Assembly: GCA_964016885.1 (NCBI GenBank)
Contig: OZ024755.1
Location: forward strand, 33,170,001-33,234,000
Origin: Eledone cirrhosa
Taxonomy: Eukaryota
DNA: 64,000 nucleotides
Direction: 5' to 3'
A program made the translations under genes and the position numbers. Below, in pieces: positions 50,317-64,000 of this stretch (position 1 is the stretch's first letter; every line of letters begins with the position of its first letter). The notes beneath the pieces were generated by a model. That model saw nothing but the letters and a program-made list of their open reading frames with translations. It did no database searches and had not been told where the DNA came from.

Positions 50317-50720
50317 AATAAAATAAAATAAGCACTTTTACAAAGAAAATTGAATTTAGCAAAGATGGAATTATATAGTAACAGCACTCATGTCACCCTG
50401 TATTACTTACCCTGGAGAATATCTAGCTGCCATGGTAACAAGATAGAGGACATAAATTTAGAATGAAGAAAGGGAACAGGAAATTAAAGAATCTCTTTTT
50501 AAGACTGTTTCTATTTATTTTGTGAGAGAGATAGTACAAGCAGATTCTCATATCAAATGTCACCACTGAGAGAGCCTTTAAGATCTTCATTTACACTGAT
50601 CCTCACAGCAATATGTAGAGAACCAGTGTGGGATTTGTGGCTGACCTCAGTGGTGAGGCTAAATATATATAACCCACAGATCAAACACCTGGAATCAAAA
50701 GAAGAAACGTGTGTACAAGG

Positions 50721-50802
<82 letters not shown>

Positions 50803-50880
50803 GTGCATCTAAATGAAGAGTACATCATTGACCAAGGACAAAATGTAATAAGGCTCATAACCAAATGTACTCTAATTTAA

Positions 50881-51101
50881 CCCTTTAGCATTTAAAGCGG
50901 TCATATCCGGCCAGAATTCTCTAACCCCTTTCTGTTCAAACCGGCTGTAACTGGCTGCTCATACTGGCGTTAAGGCATTGTTCTCAAAATAAATAATATG
51001 AAAATCTTATACATTCAATATTATGTGAGATAATTATGTGAGGTAAAGTATTTACCATGAAAATACAATAGTAAATATAGAGTAATGTAAATAGTAAAAG
51101 G
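50881..51101. mobile_element. piggyBac-like MITE, full length (~220 bp)
   Basis: TTAA|ccctttagcattta..taaatagtaaaagg|TTAA. Confidence 0.85.
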
Positions 51102-51562
51102 TTAAAGCTGCAGAAAAGGCTTTAGTATCCGTAATAGGATGATATTAAAAATTGTTTCTGCTCTTTGGCATAATTTAGGGGAAAGGGAAGGTCAAGTAAA
51201 TTGACCTGAGTACTGAACTGGTAGTGGAGGCCCATGGCCTACTGGTAAGGGTGTTGGACTTATGATCATAATGTCATGGGTTTGATTCTTTGGCTGGGTT
51301 GCATGCTGTGTTCTTGAGCGAAACACTTCATTACATGTTGCTACAGTATACTCAGCTGAAAATGAGTACCAGCAATAGCTGGGGGTTTAACCCTGCGATG
51401 GACTGGCGTCTTGTACTCTCAGTTGCTTCACACTATGAAACCAGGATAAGTACTAACTTAATGAGCCTTAAATGGCTCAAGACATACTTTAGACTTGTTC
51501 TTGTACTTTATTTTATCCACCAGAAGATAGAAAGTGAAGCTGACTTCAGCTGGACCCAATAA

Positions 51563-52152
51563 TTTAGATCCCAAGGCCAGGAAATTTGGGGAAATTCTAA
51601 TCTAGACCCAAGGCCAGGAAATTTGGGGAAATTCTAATCTAGACCCAAGGCCAGGAAATTTGGGGAAATTCTAATTTAGACCCAAGGCCGGGTAATTTGG
51701 GGAAATTCTAATTTAGACCCAAGGCCAGGAAATTTGGGGAAATTCTAATTTAGACCCAAGGCCAGGAAATTTGGGGAAATTCTAATCTAGACCCAAGGCC
51801 AGGAAATTTGGGGAAATTCTAATTTAGACCCAAGGCCGGGTAATTTGGGGAAATTCTAATTTAGACCCAAGGCCAGGAAATTTGGGGAAATTCTAATTTA
51901 GATCCCAAGGCCAGGTAATTTGGGGAAATTCTAATCTAGACCCAAGGCCAGGAAATTTGGGGAAATTCTAATTTAGATCCCAAGGCCAGGAAATTTGGGG
52001 AAATTCTAATTTAGATCCCAAGGCCAGGAAATTTGGGGAAATTCTAATTTAGATCCCAAGCCCGGGAAATTTGGGGAAATTCTAATTTAGACCCAAGGCC
52101 GGGAAATTTGGGGAAATTCTAATTTAGACCCAAGGCTGGGAAATTCTAATTT
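51563..52152. repeat. 37-bp tandem array, about 16 copies
   Basis: Unit tagacccaaggccaggaaatttggggaaattctaat(c/t). Confidence 0.95.
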
Positions 52153-52489
52153 AAGCACAAGACCAGCAATTTAATAGAAGGGCTAAATCAATTAAACCAG
52201 CCTCAGTATGTGACTGGTACTTTATTTTAGCAACACCAGAAGAATGAAAGACAACATTGACTTTCAAAACTCTTCCTCGTTAGCTAATAAATAAATAAAT
52301 AATAAAATAAAATTAAAAAAAAAAAACTTTTCTCATTCAATCCTGGAAGAAATTAACATCTAAATGGAGATTTGAAACAGGTACATTGAGAATACACAAC
52401 AAGAATAGCAACAACAGTAATGATAATTTCTTACATAGGCACAAGTTTAGGGGGGAATGAAACTGTTGATTATATCAACCCCTGTACTT

Positions 52490-53090
52490 CATGACATAGA
52501 GCAACGGCCCTTTACGTTCTTATTTCAAATCCTGCCGAGGTCAGCTTTGCCTCACGAGGTTGATAAAATAAAGTACCAGTCATGCACTGGGTACGATTTA
52601 ATCAACTTTCCTCTCCCCCCCTTCAAATTGCTGGCCTTGTGCCTTAAGTCGAAACAATTATTATTATTTGATACAAATAAAGTACCAGTAATGAACTGGG
52701 GTCAATTTAATCGACTCCCCCCCCCCCCGTCAAATTGCTGGCCTTGTGCCTTAAGTCGAAACAATTATTATTATTTGATACAAATAAAGTACCAGTAATG
52801 AACTGGGGTCAATTTAATCGACCCGACTCCCCCTTCAAATTGCTGGCCTTGTGCCTTAAGTCGAAACAATTATTATTATTTGATACAAATAAAGTACCAG
52901 TAATGAACTGGGGTCAATTTAATCGACTCCCCCCCCCCTGTCAAATTGCTGGCCTTGTGCCTTAAGTCGAAACAATTATTATTATTTGATACAAATAAAG
53001 TACCAGTAATGAACTGGGGTCAATTTAATCGACTTTTCCCTCCCCCAAAATTGCTGGCCTTGTGCTGAAATCTGAAATCATTATTATTAC
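52490..53090 (+). mobile_element. SINE B with its 3' part (~105-110 bp) tandemly repeated about 5 times
   Basis: Repeated aaataaagtaccagtaatgaactggggtc..caaattgctggccttgtgcc. Confidence 0.85.
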
Positions 53091-53428
53091 TGTTGTTGTT
53101 GTTGTTGTTGTTGTTTCTTTGTAACATAAATGGTTTAAATTAGATTTTAATTAGCTGTCAGACTTCCAAAATTTCTAAAATAATTAAGAAAAGGAATATA
53201 TGATTTAATTACTGTATGTTGTTTGATGATGATGATGATGGGGAAGAGGAAGAGGAGGAGGAAGAGGAAGTGGATGTAGAAAAGAAGAAAGAGGCAATGG
53301 TGAAGTTAAGGGGGATAGTGAAGAGGATGTCAATGTCAGCGAGGATGATGAAGCTGAAGGGGAGGAGAATAGTACCAATAATAACAACAGCAACAACAAC
53401 AATGACAAACATGATGATGGCATTGTTG

Positions 53429-53459
<31 letters not shown>

Positions 53460-53672
53460 GGTGATGGTGATGGTGGTGGTGATGATGATGATGATGATGA
53501 TTGCTTTGATAATGGCGTTGATGACAGCAGTATTAAGAATGAGTATAAAGGTCTTAATGAGGCCTCAATACCATATTCTCCAGAATGCTGGTGTTGACTG
53601 GCATCATCATTTAACATACACTTCCCATCTAGAATGGTTAGACAGGCCATCATGAACCAGATCAGTATTTAA

Positions 53673-53851
53673 CCCTTTAGCATTTAAACTGGCCGTATCC
53701 AGCCAGAATTCTCTCACCTCTTTCTGTTCAAAATGGCTGCTCATATTGATGTTAAGGTATTGTTCTCAAAATAAATAATACCAAAATCTCATAGCATTGA
53801 TATTATGTGCGATAAAGCCTTTACCATGAAAATATAATAGTATATATAGAG
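53673..53851. mobile_element. piggyBac-like MITE, truncated
   Basis: TTAA|ccctttagc start. Confidence 0.8.
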
Positions 53852-53852
53852 C

Positions 53853-54105
53853 CATCATCATCATCATTTTATGTCCGCTTTTCTCTGCTTGAAGGGTGGG
53901 ATGGGTCCTCTTCAGCACAGCCAGCATCTCTCCATTCGTCACAGTCCCGTGTCATGTCCTCCGCAAGCTTCAGCGATCTGAGGTCAGCTCTCACCACCTC
54001 CGCCCATGTTTTTTCATGGCCTTCTTCGACTGCATCTTTTTTTCTCCTGGGATTTCTTAGCACTTCTTTACCCAGCAGTCATCCTCCATGTGCATCACAT
54101 GGCCA
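53853..54105 (-). pseudogene. RTE LINE 3' end
   Basis: KTWAEVVRADLRSLKLAEDMTRDCDEWR, (atg)n tail. Confidence 0.85.
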
Positions 54106-54691
54106 CACCAGGGTTAATCAGAGCTATGGATGTCTTAAATGTACTGCGGGACTTGCATCTCACATTTATACATTTCAGCATTCTATCAAGTGCTCTGGGT
54201 GCATTTTAGCATGGCATCCCATCTGGCAAGCCAAGAGCCTCTTTCTAACTTACATACATGCTCACACTCTACTGAGCAGTTAGAGAGGTTATCCCATCTT
54301 TGACACAGCTGAAGAATCCTCCCAACTCTTTTTTTGGTAAATTTTCTATTCTTGGTGTCCTTCATTTGACCAACCACCTTACAGAATGTACTAAGTGTGT
54401 TTATCATGTAAGTTATGAACACTAGAGAGGTTGTTGCGCCCTTGACAAAATTGAAGAGTCTAGGGCAATACTCTTCAAGGGAAAACTAGCTTTACCGATA
54501 CAATGGTAATGCTGATACCTGGTATTCCTGCTTTAAAAAGCAGCATAGATCTATCATTTAGAAATTAGATGGCCGAATAAATAAAATACAAAACTTCCAA
54601 CACTATAGATATTTTGTTGTGTTTCAGAGCAAAATATTTTATTCTTTATTCCATTGATTTCCTCAAGACTTCAGAAATACGAATCAAACCT

Positions 54692-55890
54692 TGGTTAGAA
54701 TGTCTCAGGAAAGAATCAGTGGAGAGTCACTCTAGGTAGAGCCACTACTTCTCTGAATTGAGAGATTACAGCTCCAATACAATGGACATGTGGTTAGAAT
54801 GTCTCAGGAAAGAATCACTGGAGAGTCACTCCAGGTAGAGCCACTACTTCTCAGAATTGAGAGACCACAGCTCTGATACTATGGCAATGTGGTTAGAATG
54901 TCTCAGGAAAGAATCACTGGAGAGTCACTCCAGGTAGAGCCACTACTTCTCAGAATTGAGAGATCACAGCTCCGATACAATGGGCATGTGGTTAGAATGT
55001 CTCAGGAACGAATCACTGGAGAGTCACTCCAGGTAGAGCCACTACTTCTCAGAATTGAGAGACCACAGCTCTGATACTATGGCAATGTGGTTATAATGTC
55101 TCAGGAAAGAATCACTGGAGAGTCACTCCAGGTAGAGCCACTACTTCTCAGAATTGAGAGACCACAGCTCCGATACTATGGGCATGTGGTTAGAATGTCT
55201 CAGGAAAGAATCACTGGAGAGTCACTCCAGGTAGAGCCACTACTTCTCAGAATTGAGAGATCACAGCTCCGATACTATGGGCATGTGGTTAGGATGTCTC
55301 AGGAAAGAATCACTGGAGAGTCACTCCAGGTAGAGCCACTACTTCTCAGAATTGAGAGACCACAGCTCTGATACTATGGCAATGTGGTTATAATGTCTCA
55401 GGAAAGAATCACTGGAGAGTCACTCCAGGTAGAGCCACTACTTCTCTGAATTGAGAGATCACAGCTCTGATACTATGGCAATGTGGTTATAATGTCTCAG
55501 GAAAGAATCACTGGAGAGTCACTCCAGGTAGAGCCACTACTTCTCAGAATTGAGAGACCACAGCTCTGATACTATGGCAATGTGGTTAGGATGTCTCAGG
55601 AAAGAATCACTGGAGAGTCACTCCAGGTAGAGCCACTACGTCTCAGAATTGAGAGACCACAGCTCTGATACTATGGCAATGTGGTTAGGATGTCTCAGGA
55701 AAGAATTTTATAGGCAAAACCAACCATCAGGACACTCAGGAGTAGACCCCAAACATGACGGTTGGATAACATCCATGAGATTGGCTGGTCTCACTTGGGG
55801 ATCCAGTTGGAGACAGTTGCTTCTGACAGGACCTGGTGGAAGGAGTGTTTGAGGACTGTCACCACAACCCTCTTAGGAAGAGGAAGTAGA
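54692..55890 (+). mobile_element. RTE LINE 3' fragment with a 99-bp x10 in-frame array (54692-55705)
   Basis: Unit VVRMSQERITGESLQVEPLLLRIERSQLRYYGH resembles the RTE motif VEPLLLRIERSQLRWxGH. Confidence 0.85.
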
Positions 55891-56064
55891 AGGTTCTCCA
55901 ATGGCATCTGTTGTTTGTGTGTGTGTCACATGTAAGGTAAATAGGAATAGCTATGTACCTCTCTATTTATCTATCTGTCAATCTATCCATCTATCTATTT
56001 ATCTGTCTATCTATTAATCTACCTGTCTGTCTATCTATCTATTGATTAATATATCTACTTATCT

Positions 56065-56403
56065 GGAGGCACATGGCTTAGTGGTTACAGCATGGCCTTG
56101 CAATCGAAAAGTTGTGAGTTCAATTCTCAGACCGGGTGATGTGTTGTTTCCTTGAGCAAGACACTTTATTTCACATTGCTCCAGTTTACTCAGCTGTAGA
56201 AATGAGATGATAGGGACTGGGGTCCCTATCATTCCACTGCAAAGTGGTCGTGGAGGTGCCACGGCAAAAAAGCACCCAGCACTCACTATAAATGAGGTTG
56301 GTGTTAGGAAGGGTATCCAGCTGTAGAAATCAAGCCAGAATCAGTTCCCGTCCCACCCTTGCAAGCAGGGAAAAAGCGGACGTAAAAATGATGATGATGA
56401 TGA
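56065..56403 (+). mobile_element. SINE family A
   Basis: Matches consensus. Confidence 0.9.
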
Positions 56404-56549
56404 TTATCTATTTATCTATCAATCTATATTTCTATCTATGTATGTATCTCTATATCTATCTGTATATACATATATCTGTTTGTCTGACTCTCTCTCTTAT
56501 CATCTTTATCATTTAATGTCAGTTATCCCTGTTAACAAGGGTAGAATTG

Positions 56550-56586
<37 letters not shown>

Positions 56587-56779
56587 ACACAGGTGTATAG
56601 TGAGGTAGATAAATAAGTAGAATGAGGGAAAGGTATACATATATACATACATAGATATATATGTGGGATATACACACACAGTTTTTTTGTGTTTTTTTTA
56701 CAAATTCATACACAGATAATGAACACAGGCACACAGCAATTCAAACACAAACATAAGTGAGTTGAATGGATTAAAAAAA

Positions 56780-57252
56780 GTGTTAGATTACCAGCTCAAG
56801 TAAATCTGATCTCAGATCTAGAACAGGTGTTAGATTACCAGCTCAAGTAAATCTGATCTCAGATCTAGAGCAGGTATTAGATTACCAGCTCAAGTAAATC
56901 TGATCTCAGAACTAGAGCAGGTGTTAGATTACCAGCTCAAGTAAATCTGATCTCAAATCTAGAGCAGGTGTTAGATTACCAGCTCAAGTAAATCTGATCT
57001 CAGATCTAGAGCAGGTGTTAGATTACCAGCTCAAGTAAATCTGATCTTAAATCTAGAGCAGGTGTTAGATTAGCAGCTCAAGTAAATCTGATCTCAAATC
57101 TAGAGCAGGTGTTAGATTAGCAGCTCAAGTAAATCTGATCTCAAATCTAGAGCAGGTGTTAGATTACCAGCTCAAGTAAATCTGATCTCAAATCTAGAAC
57201 AGGTGTTAGATTACCAGCTCAAGTAAATCTGATCTCAAATCTAGAGCAGGTG
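56780..57252. repeat. 47-bp tandem array, 10 copies
   Basis: Unit gtgttagattaccagctcaagtaaatctgatctca(g/a)atctagagcag. Confidence 0.95.
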
Positions 57253-57805
57253 CTTTGGTGTGTTTCTGGGCCAGAAACTTATTTCTATTAATGTAAGCAG
57301 ACATCAACACACCTGAGAATATTCTCGGGTCTCATTTCCATCTTGAGAATGCAAAAGAAAGCCTTCAGATCCTTTATCTATAAGATCACCAATAAATTAT
57401 AAACTTTATGTATTCATAGGCGGCAGATTAGCTGAGTCATTAGAATGTTGGATAGAATGCTTTATGGTATTCGTTCCGGTTCTCTGCTCTCTGTTCAAAT
57501 CCTGCCGAGGTCAACTTTGCTTTTCATCCTTTTGAGGTTGATAAAAAAAGTACCAGTCTAGTATTTTGGTCGATTTTTCCTCTCTCTGGAAGAAATCTGC
57601 TGTACTCAGACCAAAATTCCCTCACCACTTACTGTTTAAACCGGCTGTAACCAGCTACTCATACTTACTTTACGGTATTGTTCTCAAAGTAAATAATATC
57701 AAAATCTCATAGATTCAATATTATTTGAAATAATTGTGAGGTAAAACCTCACATGTATTCCCAATCTTAGTAATGATCAGCCTCGAGTAACAACTCCAAT
57801 TTTAA

Positions 57806-58026
57806 CCCTTTAGCATTTAAATTGGTCGTATCCGGCCAGAATTCTCTCACTCGTTTCTGTTCAAACTGGCTGTAATCAGCTTCTCATACTGATGTTAAGG
57901 TGTTGTTCTCAAAATAAATAATATCAAAATCTCATAGATTCGATAGTATGTGAGATAATTATGAGAGATAAAGCCTTTACCATAAAAATACCATAGTATT
58001 TATAGAGTAATGAAAATGCTAAAGGA
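57806..58026. mobile_element. piggyBac-like MITE
   Basis: TTAA-flanked with TIRs. Confidence 0.85.
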
Positions 58027-60059
58027 TTAAATATGTGATGGATTATTGAGTCCCAAATATTGTTGGGTCACAGGAAGATGAATATATTGTATGACAATAT
58101 AGTTTAGTAGGAGCTATTTGTCATCAGTAAATACACATAATAGAGCTGAGCTCACTACAACAAACTAATGAAAAATTTGCCAGTTACTCAGCTCTCTCGT
58201 GTGTCTATTTACAGATAGGTAAACGAAACCATCTGAGAGTTTAGTGTAGTGCTATAGGAACTACCAATCTTTCACATTGTAACCCCACACTTTATCAAAT
58301 CAACCATCTAAATCTTTTTATGAGCATGACTAACACAGGAAAATGTTCATCATATAATACATAATAAGTAACATTAATGAAACAGTCATTTAATTACATT
58401 AGCTACTGACAACATGATTGCAGGTAGAATAATATACTATGTAATGATGATAATTAGAATTATAACTTAACAATCAATTGTAAAACTATAATTTTAATTA
58501 ATCTAGACAACACAGAAAGTCCTTAATCAGCTAGATGACTGTTTCTTGTTAATCCAATTGTTCATTGCTAAACCAATGAGATTTTGGATTGACAATCTGG
58601 CTGCTGCTATTGGAAGTGTAAATCTAATCACCGATAAACTTGTCATTGGTATGGCTACATCATTTAACAGTAATTATCAAATCTCCAATGCCAGATAACC
58701 ATCGTTGACCGACTGATTGACTGACCATATGACTGACTGACCAAACAGATGGTGTAGCTGCAATTTTAACAAACATACCACAGCTTTAAATGTATAAGAA
58801 TAGATTAAATGAAAGAGCATTTGTGTCATTTGCGGCTCAATAAATGTATGGAGGAACTAGATAAAAGTTTAATTACTGGTCCTGTGTTTGGATTAGTTTC
58901 AATGGCATTAATCAAGGATAATTAAATTGGCTACTAGTCTAACTATAAACTACAAATACATCCGCTGATTAGATATTTCCCTGATGTCAGGCACAAGGGA
59001 TAAACATAAATCTATGATTGTCATACAAATAGAAACGACAAAGCAAATAGAACATTAAAACTGATATTGATACTAAAAATATTAGTAATAAGGACTTATT
59101 AAGGGATAAATTAGTGAGCAAGATAATCTAATAAACTACTATGCTTTAAGTTATGAGTTCAATTCCTCTGTAAGTATTTTGTTCAGGGCAGAGGACTTTA
59201 TTCTATGTGGTGTCTGTCTTAGGTTTCAGATTAACTAGGAATATCAGCTGAATATGTTTTATTAATAAAAATTAAAACAATCGTAAACAAATCTATTTCA
59301 AATAACAACACTACAGATATTTAAAAATGGAAAATGAAGAGAAGGGTAAAATCTCTAGGGTCACAGAAGAATGGGAGGGGGGAGAGTGAGGGGAGGGCAG
59401 AGAGGAAGGTGTGATGGACTTTAGGCCTAGGATGTGGTGGTGTTGGGGCTGTACCCTGAGGACAAGACTGCAAAAGCATTTTATTTGGCATCTTATCCAG
59501 AGATAGATCTGTCTCTAGTATACTTCACAAAATAAATCTGCAAATGATTAACTTTTCAAGGTCTTTTAATATTAAAGATACATTTATTATTATTATATTG
59601 GTTAGAACAGTGGACTGGCAATTTCATTAGATGGTTGGACACCATTCACAGTTACGTCCCTTTTTATGTTCTCAGTTCAAATCCCCCTGAGGTTAGCTTT
59701 GCCTTTCATTCTTACATTCTTACGGGGTCGATAAAATAAAGTACCAGTAATGCACTGGGGTTGAGTTAATTGACTTTGCCCCTTCCCCTAAAAGATTGCT
59801 GGCCTTCTGCCTATAGTAGAAACCATTATCATAATTATTATATCATCATCATCACTGTTACCCACTTTTGATGCTGGAATGGATTAGAAAGGACTTTCCA
59901 AAACAATGTTTTACAGTCGGATGTCCTTCCTGACATCAACTCTTTTAGTTACTTCCCATGTCACATAAGGATATGCCATACCTATTCTAGACTGGATAAA
60001 CAGAGTTATATAACGATTTATACACTGAAAAGACTATCTGACATAGGTGGTGCTATTGA

Positions 60060-60252
60060 TAATTGTTTCTACTTTTTGGCACAAGGCCAGCAATTACCCA
60101 GTGCGTGACCGGTGCTTTATTTTATCGACCCCGTAAGGATGAAAGGCAAAGTTAACCTCGGCGGGATTTGAACTCAGAATAGCAAGGGCCGTAACTCTAT
60201 GCATCAAAGCATGGCGTCCGACCCTCTACCGATACTGCCAATCCACCACCCT
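60060..60252 (-). mobile_element. SINE B
   Basis: Matches consensus. Confidence 0.85.
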
Positions 60253-60343
60253 GGGTGGTACTATTGTTAATGTATTGTGAAAATGTTTAAAACTATTTAT
60301 ATACCTGTCTTTTTTCCTATTTTAAAAAATTTTGTTGTATTAA

Positions 60344-60604
60344 CCTTTAGCCTTTACATTACTCTCATCATCATCATCACCGTTTTACGTCCGTTCTTCC
60401 ACGCTAGCACGAGTTAGATATTGTATTTTCATGATAAAGGCTTTCCCTCACATAATACCTCACATAACATTGAATCTATGAGATTGTGATATTTATTTTG
60501 AGAACAATACTTTAACATCAGTATGAGTGGCCGGCTACAGGCGGTTTGAACAAAAAAGGGTGAGAGAATTCTGGCCAGATGCAGCCGGTTTAAATGCTAA
60601 AGGG
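60344..60604. mobile_element. piggyBac-like MITE with a short RTE-tail insertion
   Basis: Ends taaatgctaaaggg|ttaa; insert ~60365-60420. Confidence 0.75.
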
Positions 60605-61870
60605 TTAAAACTATTTATATTTATACCTGTCTTCTTTCCTATTTTAGAAATTATAGATGAAGTATTAAAAGCAGATTACTGTGTTATACGTTATGCGAGT
60701 TTAATTTTGAATATCCAAGTACAATCTTGGCAAATAACCATATTCACTTTTACTGTTTTAATGTTGAGGCGGCAGGCACTGGAGGGTGTAAAGACAACAT
60801 ACAATAAATGTTATAAGTCTCTTATTATAAAGTCATAAAAATATATATAACTGGTATATACTACTTTACTAAGATCTCAACTCAAAACAGTGAGGCAATA
60901 AATATTGTAAAATTACTGATCGGCTAATGTTACCAATGAGAGTAGCAATAGCATCTGCTATTTCCACTGTCATTGGTAACATTATTTTATCACAAGTGAA
61001 CTTGACTGTAATTATCCTTGAAAATGTAGGTGTGTGGAATGTCATCCTAGACCAGCCAACATTTCGATATTGCTTATATCAATAAATGAATAATTAAATA
61101 TTAACTTATGTCATAATTTCTATAATATTGTTCTTCTAGTCAAGACATGTATTTGAGTGTTATACATAACCATGGAATAAAATCAAAGATATAACCTAAA
61201 TCTTGAGCACAATGAAACAAATTTAAGTGTTACACTTTACACACATTTAACTGGCTGTAAGTTATAAGATAGAATCTAACTATGAACAGTTTTGTTTATT
61301 GGTTTCTTTTAATTCCAGATGTTTTACCACCACAGAACTATGTATGTGTGTGTGTGTATGTTCATGTGTGTGTGTGTATACATGGTGTTTTTATGGGGGT
61401 GGGGAGTGAGAGATTCCTAGTCTTCATTAAGACAAATATTGATCGACAGTCGATCGACTTTCATCAAATCGGACCGAGGAAACAATGTTTCCGTTGGTCT
61501 TTCCAGTTGCTAATACTATCTATTGGTCGCAACTCCAGGTAGAAAGAGCAACGTGAAATAAATTGTCTTGCTCAAGGACATAACGTATCACCCAGTCCAG
61601 GAATCGAAATCACAACCTCACGATTGTGAATCCAATTCTCTAACCACTCAGCCACGCTTCTTCACAAGACAAATATAAAAACATATAACAAATACAATTA
61701 ACTATTGTTAGGCCCTTCACAAATATAAATACAACACATAAAAATATGTGACCAGAGCAAGAGAAAGAAAAATAAAGAAGTAACAAAAACAACCATCAAT
61801 TCACCACCAAGAATATCTCAAACTAGAAGTTTTTTCAACATGCTGATGCGTATGTGTATATATGTGTGCA

Positions 61871-62150
61871 TGTGTGAGTGTATGTGTGTATTTATGTAAA
61901 TGTATGTGTTAGTGTGAATGAGTGTGTATCTGTGTGTGTGAATGTATGTCTGTGAGTCTGTATTTTTGTGAGTGTGTCTGTGTTTGCGTGTTTATATTTA
62001 TATACTCATACATATAAATATAAACACGCAAACACAGACACACTCACAAAAATACAGACTCACAGACATACATTCACACACACACACACACACACACACT
62101 CATTCACACTAACACATACATTTACATAAATACACACATACACTCACACA
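61871..62150. repeat. Inverted duplication of a degenerate TG-rich tract
   Basis: Arms 61871-62003 and 62012-62150 with an 8-bp spacer. Confidence 0.9.
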
Positions 62151-62268
62151 GCGCAGTTTTTTCACCATACACTTCCTTTTACACACACAGGGGAAATCTT
62201 GAACACTCAGTTGCTTCACGCCATGAAACAAGGATAAGAACTGGCCTAATGAATCATAAATGGCTTAA

Positions 62269-62645
62269 CCCCTTAGCATTTACATTACTCAATATATACT
62301 ATATTTTCATGCTAAAGGCCTTACCTCACATAATTATCTCACATAATATCGAATCTATGAGATTTTGATATTATTTATAGTGGATTGGCAGTATCGGTAG
62401 AGAGTCGGACGCCATGCTTTCCAGCATAGTTACGTCCCTTTACGATCTGAGTTCAAATCTCGCCGAGGTTGACTTTGCCTTTCATCCTTACGGGGTCGAT
62501 AAAATAAAGTACCAGTAATGAACTGGGTAATTGCTGGCCTTGTGCCTAAAGTAGAAACAATTATTTATTTTGATAACTATACCTTGACATCAGTGTGAGC
62601 GATTTGAACAGAAAGAGGTGAGAGAATAAAGAATTTTTGCCAGAC
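62269..62645. mobile_element. piggyBac-like MITE with a nested SINE B (62378-62565)
   Basis: MITE body on both sides of the SINE; ttatttat duplicated around it. Confidence 0.8.
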
Positions 62646-64000
62646 TTTACTTAAGTGGATTAAAGGAATCAGTAATGTATCAGACAAAAATGCCTCGGAG
62701 CATTTATACCAACTGTTTCATTCAAATCCTTCTGGTATCAACTTTGCCTTTTATCATTCAGGGACCAATAAAATAAAATACCAGTCAAGTACTGGAGTCA
62801 ATCCAATCAACTAAAACACTCCTTAATTTCTGTCTTTATGTCTATCTTAGAAACAATTATCTTAGATTAATTTCTTTCAATAGCATAAGACCACAAATTA
62901 TATTAGTGGTTGGTGAAATAAGATTGCTATTAAGCATTAATGATATGAAACTTACATTCTTTGTTGAACATTTAACCCGAGGAAAAAGAAAGACAGTGTC
63001 CATAGATTTTGATTAAATCTATTTAGATTGATTAATGAATCTGTGTTGTATGTTATAAGTAAGTATTTGGAAAGAAATTGTGAACAGAAGTATGCAGTTC
63101 GGGAGATGTAAAAAAAAATTAGAAGATTGTCTACAGAAATGGTAGTGAGATGAGGATAGGGAAGGCTTGTATTAAGTAGGTTTAATAAAGAAGGTGGATA
63201 CAGTGAAAACATTTAGAAGAGAAGATCAAATTGATGTGTGAACAAAAGAAGCAGAGAGGGCTAATTACTGCAAAGTAATAATAACTGAAGGGTGGTTTAT
63301 TCATGGCATTCTCAAGTGAATGGATAAGTATGTTCACGTGTCTGAATGTATGTTATGATTGTTCTATACCAGATGTAATAGACAAATATCCAAGGTTGAG
63401 GTGATTTTGAATCATCATTCAATTAATGTCACAGAATCTGGAGCTAATTACTAGCCCAGTGAACCATGGAGGTTGGTGAAAAGAAATAATATGACATCAG
63501 TCAATCAGCAATCTAGTTTAAGGTAAATCTGGAATCAAAACAAGGTCATGGATTTGGCCCATTAGCAGATCATAGACCAGTTTCCCCCACACACAGTACT
63601 AGCATATTCCTAAAGGAGAGTCGATCAAACCAAGCTATACAAATACAGGATAATTATAAACTAGATTAATTAATGATAACAATAAAGATGATCATTATAA
63701 TAGTGATAATAAGAATTATAATGGTAATTGAGAAGGAAGAAACAGATAACAAAAACAAGGAAATCAGAAGTAGATGGAAAATAAAATTAGTAAGATTATT
63801 TATGGTGTTGGCGGTAGTGATGTTGGATTAATAACAACAATACTCTTTTGAAATCCATTTATTGTTTGCTTCAACTATTTAATTTCGTTTTGATTAAGTG
63901 ATTAATTTCTATTTTGTCACATTTAAAACAAATAATAACACATAGACAATAAAAACAAACAGATTTGATTAAATCAATATATCTTGGTCTTAGTGAAGTT

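Noticed and set aside
62945-63560. Possible decayed retroelement coding sequence (also 42990-43380)
   Set aside because: No diagnostic motif could be read with confidence

Overview
AT-rich animal genomic DNA with no recognisable host protein-coding exon. The style of repeats ((TA)n runs, CORE- and Meta/MESC-like tRNA SINEs, RTE tails) suggests an octopod cephalopod intron or intergenic region; this is inference. Nearly all listed ORFs are microsatellite or tandem-repeat artefacts. The window holds two abundant SINE families, a piggyBac-like MITE family, hAT and Tc1-like MITEs, a non-autonomous Helitron, decayed RTE, CR1 and R4/Dong LINE pieces, and many tandem arrays, most of them amplified from transposon fragments. 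The main signal is about 16 minimal type-I hammerhead ribozyme motifs (intact or decayed) from about 7 sequence families within 1.5-39.4 kb. Several sit in 350-500 bp foldback palindromes inserted in (TA)n, with two outward-facing ribozymes and a one-sided tail. One belongs to a 5'-truncated Penelope-like element whose stop-free 207-codon GIY-YIG frame (34163-34786, minus strand) is missing from the ORF track. All coordinates, folds and translations were read by eye and may be off by a few bases.
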